A stretch of DNA of 64,000 nucleotides from the NCBI GenBank assembly GCA_963715245.1, contig CAVQRM010000001.1, forward strand, positions 1,218,373 to 1,282,372, given 5' to 3'. Made by a program: the position numbers and the translations under genes. Numbering within the stretch: position 1 is the first letter of the stretch; the number at the start of each line of letters is the position of its first letter. Shown here in pieces: positions 61,074 to 64,000 of the stretch. The DNA comes from an uncultured Chloroflexia bacterium. GTDB taxonomy: Bacteria; Chloroflexota; Limnocylindria; Limnocylindrales; CSP1-4. The notes beneath the pieces are model-generated. The model saw only the letters and a list, made by a program, of their open reading frames with translations, was not told the origin of the DNA and did not search any database.

Positions 61074-64000
61074 TCAGGGAGTGGGGCTGTCGCGCCGACC
61101 GCCCGCCGCGGCCAGGACGTCCCGCGCCTCGACCAGGTCGGCGGTGTCGAGGCCTTCGGCGAAGGTGGCATGGACGGGACCCAGGACCGCCCGCGCGGCG
61201 GCGGCGTCACCGTCCGCGAGGCGCAGGCGGGCCAGCCTCGTCGCCGCCCGGAGCTGCGCCGTCCGGGCGCCGAGCACTCCCGCGCGGTCGAACGCCAGCC
61301 GATACCACCGCTCGGCTTCGGCCGAGCCGCCACCCGTCTCCCCCTCGAGTGCGAGGTGCAGGTCGCCCTTGATGAGACGGAGCTCGGGCACCATCGACGC
61401 GCCGTCGCCGGCACCAAGGATCTCCATCGAGGCATCGACCGCGCGGAGCCCTTCGGCCGGCTGTCCACCGGCGGCACAGGCCCGGGCCTGCACCATCAGC
61501 AGGAACGGCCAGAAGATCGGCGGCGACCGGAGCTCGCCGTACAGGCCCATGCCGGCACGGACGTTTGCCAGACCCTCCTCGGGCCGGCCCAGATCGACCT
61601 GCGCCGCCCCGCGCAGGCAGGTGCCGGCAGCCGTCCAGATCCGGAACTCGTGCTCGTCCGCGAGCTCGAGGAGCCCGGTTGCGAGCTCGAGCGCGATGGC
61701 CGGCTCCCGGCGCCACAGGCGGAGCATGCCAGCGTGGAACCGGGCATAGGCGGTGGTGAACGGGTGGTCGAGCTCGGCGGCGAGGGCGAGCGCGGCGTCG
61801 GCCCGCGCGACGGCCTGATCGGGGAGACCCAGGATCCACAGCGTGAACCCCGCGGTCGTGAGACACGAGACCCGTGAGTCGTTCCCCACCCGCGCCGACC
61901 GGATCGCCGTCGGGACGTCGGGGAACAGCGCGATCGCCCGGTCGAGCTGTTCGAGCCCCCCGTGCAGGTCGCTGCCGGACATGAGGGTCGTGCCGATCAG
62001 CAGGTGGCCGTCGATGCGCATCGCCGCGTCCTGCTGCGCCTCGCCGAGCGCGAGGATCTCCCGCCCGAGACGGGCGGACTCGTCCAGCTGGCCACGGAAG
62101 ATGTACAGGCTGGCGAGGCCGCGCAGCACGGAGAACTGGTGCCGGACATCCGCCGCCGCGCTCGAACAGCTCGAGCGCCCCGGCAAAGGCGGCATCGACC
62201 TCGGGCGTCACCCCCTTGGTCGCCATCAGGGCGCGAGCGAGCGTCGTCCGCAGCGCGATCTCCTGGTTGACTCGTTCGGGCGAGGAGGGGACGACGTCGA
62301 GGACCTCGAGCATGTCCGACGCGAGGCCCGCCGTGTCCAGGTACCAGCCGTGAACGTCGTCCAGGATCAGCAGCGTCCCCGCCATTCTCGTCGAGCTGCT
62401 CCAGGTCCCGCGCGCCGACCCAGTGGCGCCACGCGAGCCGCAGGTTGGCGACGTCCGTCGTCAGCGCCGTGAGCGCCACCTCGCGCCGGGCCCCGGTCAC
62501 CTCGGCGCGCATCCGGCGCGCGGCCTCCGCATAGAACGTCGCATGGGCCTGCCGGGCGACGGCCGCCGCCCCCGGTCGCTGCTCGAGGCGGTCGATCGCG
62601 AACGCCCGGATCGTCTCGAGCATCGCCACGCGGGGCTCGTCGCCGGGCTCGTCGACGCGCCGGAGGAGGCTCTTCTCGACGAGCGCATCGAGCCCCTCGA
62701 ACACGTCGATCTCGCTGCCGTCGATTTCGCCCAGGCGGTCCGCGACCGCCTCGACCGCGTCGACGTCGGCGCCCGCGAACACCCCCATGAGCTCGAACAG
62801 CCGCTGCTCGCCCGGCTCGAGCAGCTCGAAGCTCCAGTCCATCGTCGCCCGAAGCGTCTGCTGCCGTTCGGGAAGGTCGCGCGGACCGCTGCGGAGGAGC
62901 GCCAGCCGGTCGTCGAGCCGGTCCCGGAGCACGTCGGGGGAGAACAGCCGCAGGCGTGCCGCCGCAAGCTCGATCGCGAGCGGCAGGCCGTCCAGACGGC
63001 GGCAGATCTCCGTGACGGCCGCGGCGTTGTCGTCGGTGAGCTCGAAGCCCTGACGGACGACACGTGCGCGGTCCACGAACAGGCGGACCGCCTCGGACCC
63101 GGCTGCCTCGGCGGCCGATACGGAGCCGCGGCTCGCGGGCGGGAGTCCCAGCGGCGGGACCGGGAACAGCTGCTCGGCGCGGATGTGGAGCGCCTCGCGG
63201 CTCGTGGCGAGGACCGTCAGCCGGGGACACGCCGCCAGGAGGTGCGCGACGTCGCCCGCGGCCTCGATCACCTGCTCGACGTTGTCCAGGACGAGGAGCA
63301 TCTCCCGCTCGCGAAGGCGGTCGGCGAGCTCGTCCCGGAGCGCGCGATCGATGATCTCGCCGATCCCCGTCGCCCGGGCCACGGCCACGAGCACGGCGTT
63401 CGCATCCCGGGCCGTGGACACGTCGACGAACGCCACGCCGTCACGGAACCGGCCGGCGAGGTCATGGGCGACCCGGATCGCGAGCGTGGTCTTGCCGGTG
63501 CCTCCCGGCCCGAGCAGGGTGAGCAGGCGGACCGATCCGGTCTCGAGCCGCTCCGTGATCGCCGCGATCTCGTCCCGGCGGCCGACGAGGTCGGCGACCC
63601 TCGTGGGCAGACCGGTCATCACCCCTCGCGCCGTGGCAAGTGGCGGGAAGGCGGACGGAAGGTCCGGATGGACGAGCTGGAACAGCCGCTCCGGCCGACC
63701 GAGGTCCTTGAGATGGTGCTCGCCGAGGTCCAGCAGGCCCGCCCCGGCCGGCAGCCGCTCGACGGCGAGCGCCCCGGCCGATGCGGAGAGGAGGATCTGG
63801 CCACCGTGCCCGGCGGCCATGATCCGGGCCGCCCGGTTGACCGTGGGGCCGAAGTAGTCGCCGCCCCGCTGCTCAGCCTCGCCGCAGTGGACGCCCATCC
63901 GCACGCGCAGCGCGCCGGTCTCGCCCCATCGCTCCGCGGCGAGCCCGCGCTGCGTCGCCAGGGCGGCGGTCGCCGCCTCGATCGCGCTCCCGAACACCGC
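61074..64000 (-). pseudogene. class III adenylate/guanylate cyclase - AAA/NB-ARC ATPase - TPR regulator; 5' end outside the window; reading frame broken twice
   Basis: Cyclase tail: RVRMGVHCGEAE..GDYFGPTVNRAARI. P-loop: GPGGTGKTTLA. LLVLDNVEQV. GLPLAIELAA. The frame switches at about 62385 (..ARDLEQLDE | MAGTLLILDDVHGWYLD..) and at about 62150-62160 (..GALELFER | AAADVRHQFSVLRGLASLYIFRGQ..). TPR-like repeats then run to the stop at 61074. Confidence 0.85.

Noticed and set aside
1-64000. Mobile elements, prophage, toxin-antitoxin or defence islands.
   Set aside because: I found no transposase, integrase, phage structural, restriction, Cas or recognisable toxin/antitoxin translations in any frame. 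Apart from small AT-rich promoter islands, I saw no compositional break by eye.

Overview
Very GC-rich, gene-dense chromosomal segment that looks actinobacterial: F420/LLM oxidoreductases, a DUF3090 + SCO1664-family pair, leaderless TANNNT promoters and many GTG starts. I support about 55 protein-coding genes, mostly housekeeping or metabolic. They include a class A PBP, pxpABC 5-oxoprolinase, a glycogen debranching enzyme, thymidine kinase, a fused trehalose-6-P synthase/phosphatase, PFOR (nifJ) with a DHOD-like partner, citrate synthase, an ABC-2 exporter, MFS/ArsR and MarR modules, and an SBP + hybrid histidine kinase + class III cyclase signalling corner. I saw no rRNA, tRNA, CRISPR, transposase or prophage signal. 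Many long ORFs in the supplied track are antisense or out-of-frame artefacts of the GC content (Arg/Pro/Gly-rich). The track uses ATG, GTG and TTG as M and omits ORFs that run off the window ends, which is why the first gene is missing from it. Neighbouring genes are often coupled by 4-nt ATGA/GTGA overlaps (2729, 20572, 21240, 24335, 29981, 32892, 46473). The most interesting signals, in order: (1) a strong c-di-GMP-I (GEMM-I) riboswitch-like aptamer at 41865-41943 (minus) that precedes only a 31-codon hydrophobic micro-ORF and is convergent with a GT4 glycosyltransferase; (2) four DnaA-box-like 9-mers, two of them inside a perfect 14-bp inverted repeat, between tdk and a NUDIX gene; (3) apparent frameshifts in at least four genes, all in the second half of the window (AKR, M15 peptidase, hybrid kinase, cyclase twice), which are either real pseudogenisation or assembly indels; (4) several clean operator/promoter palindromes. 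All family calls come from reading the translations. No database search was run.
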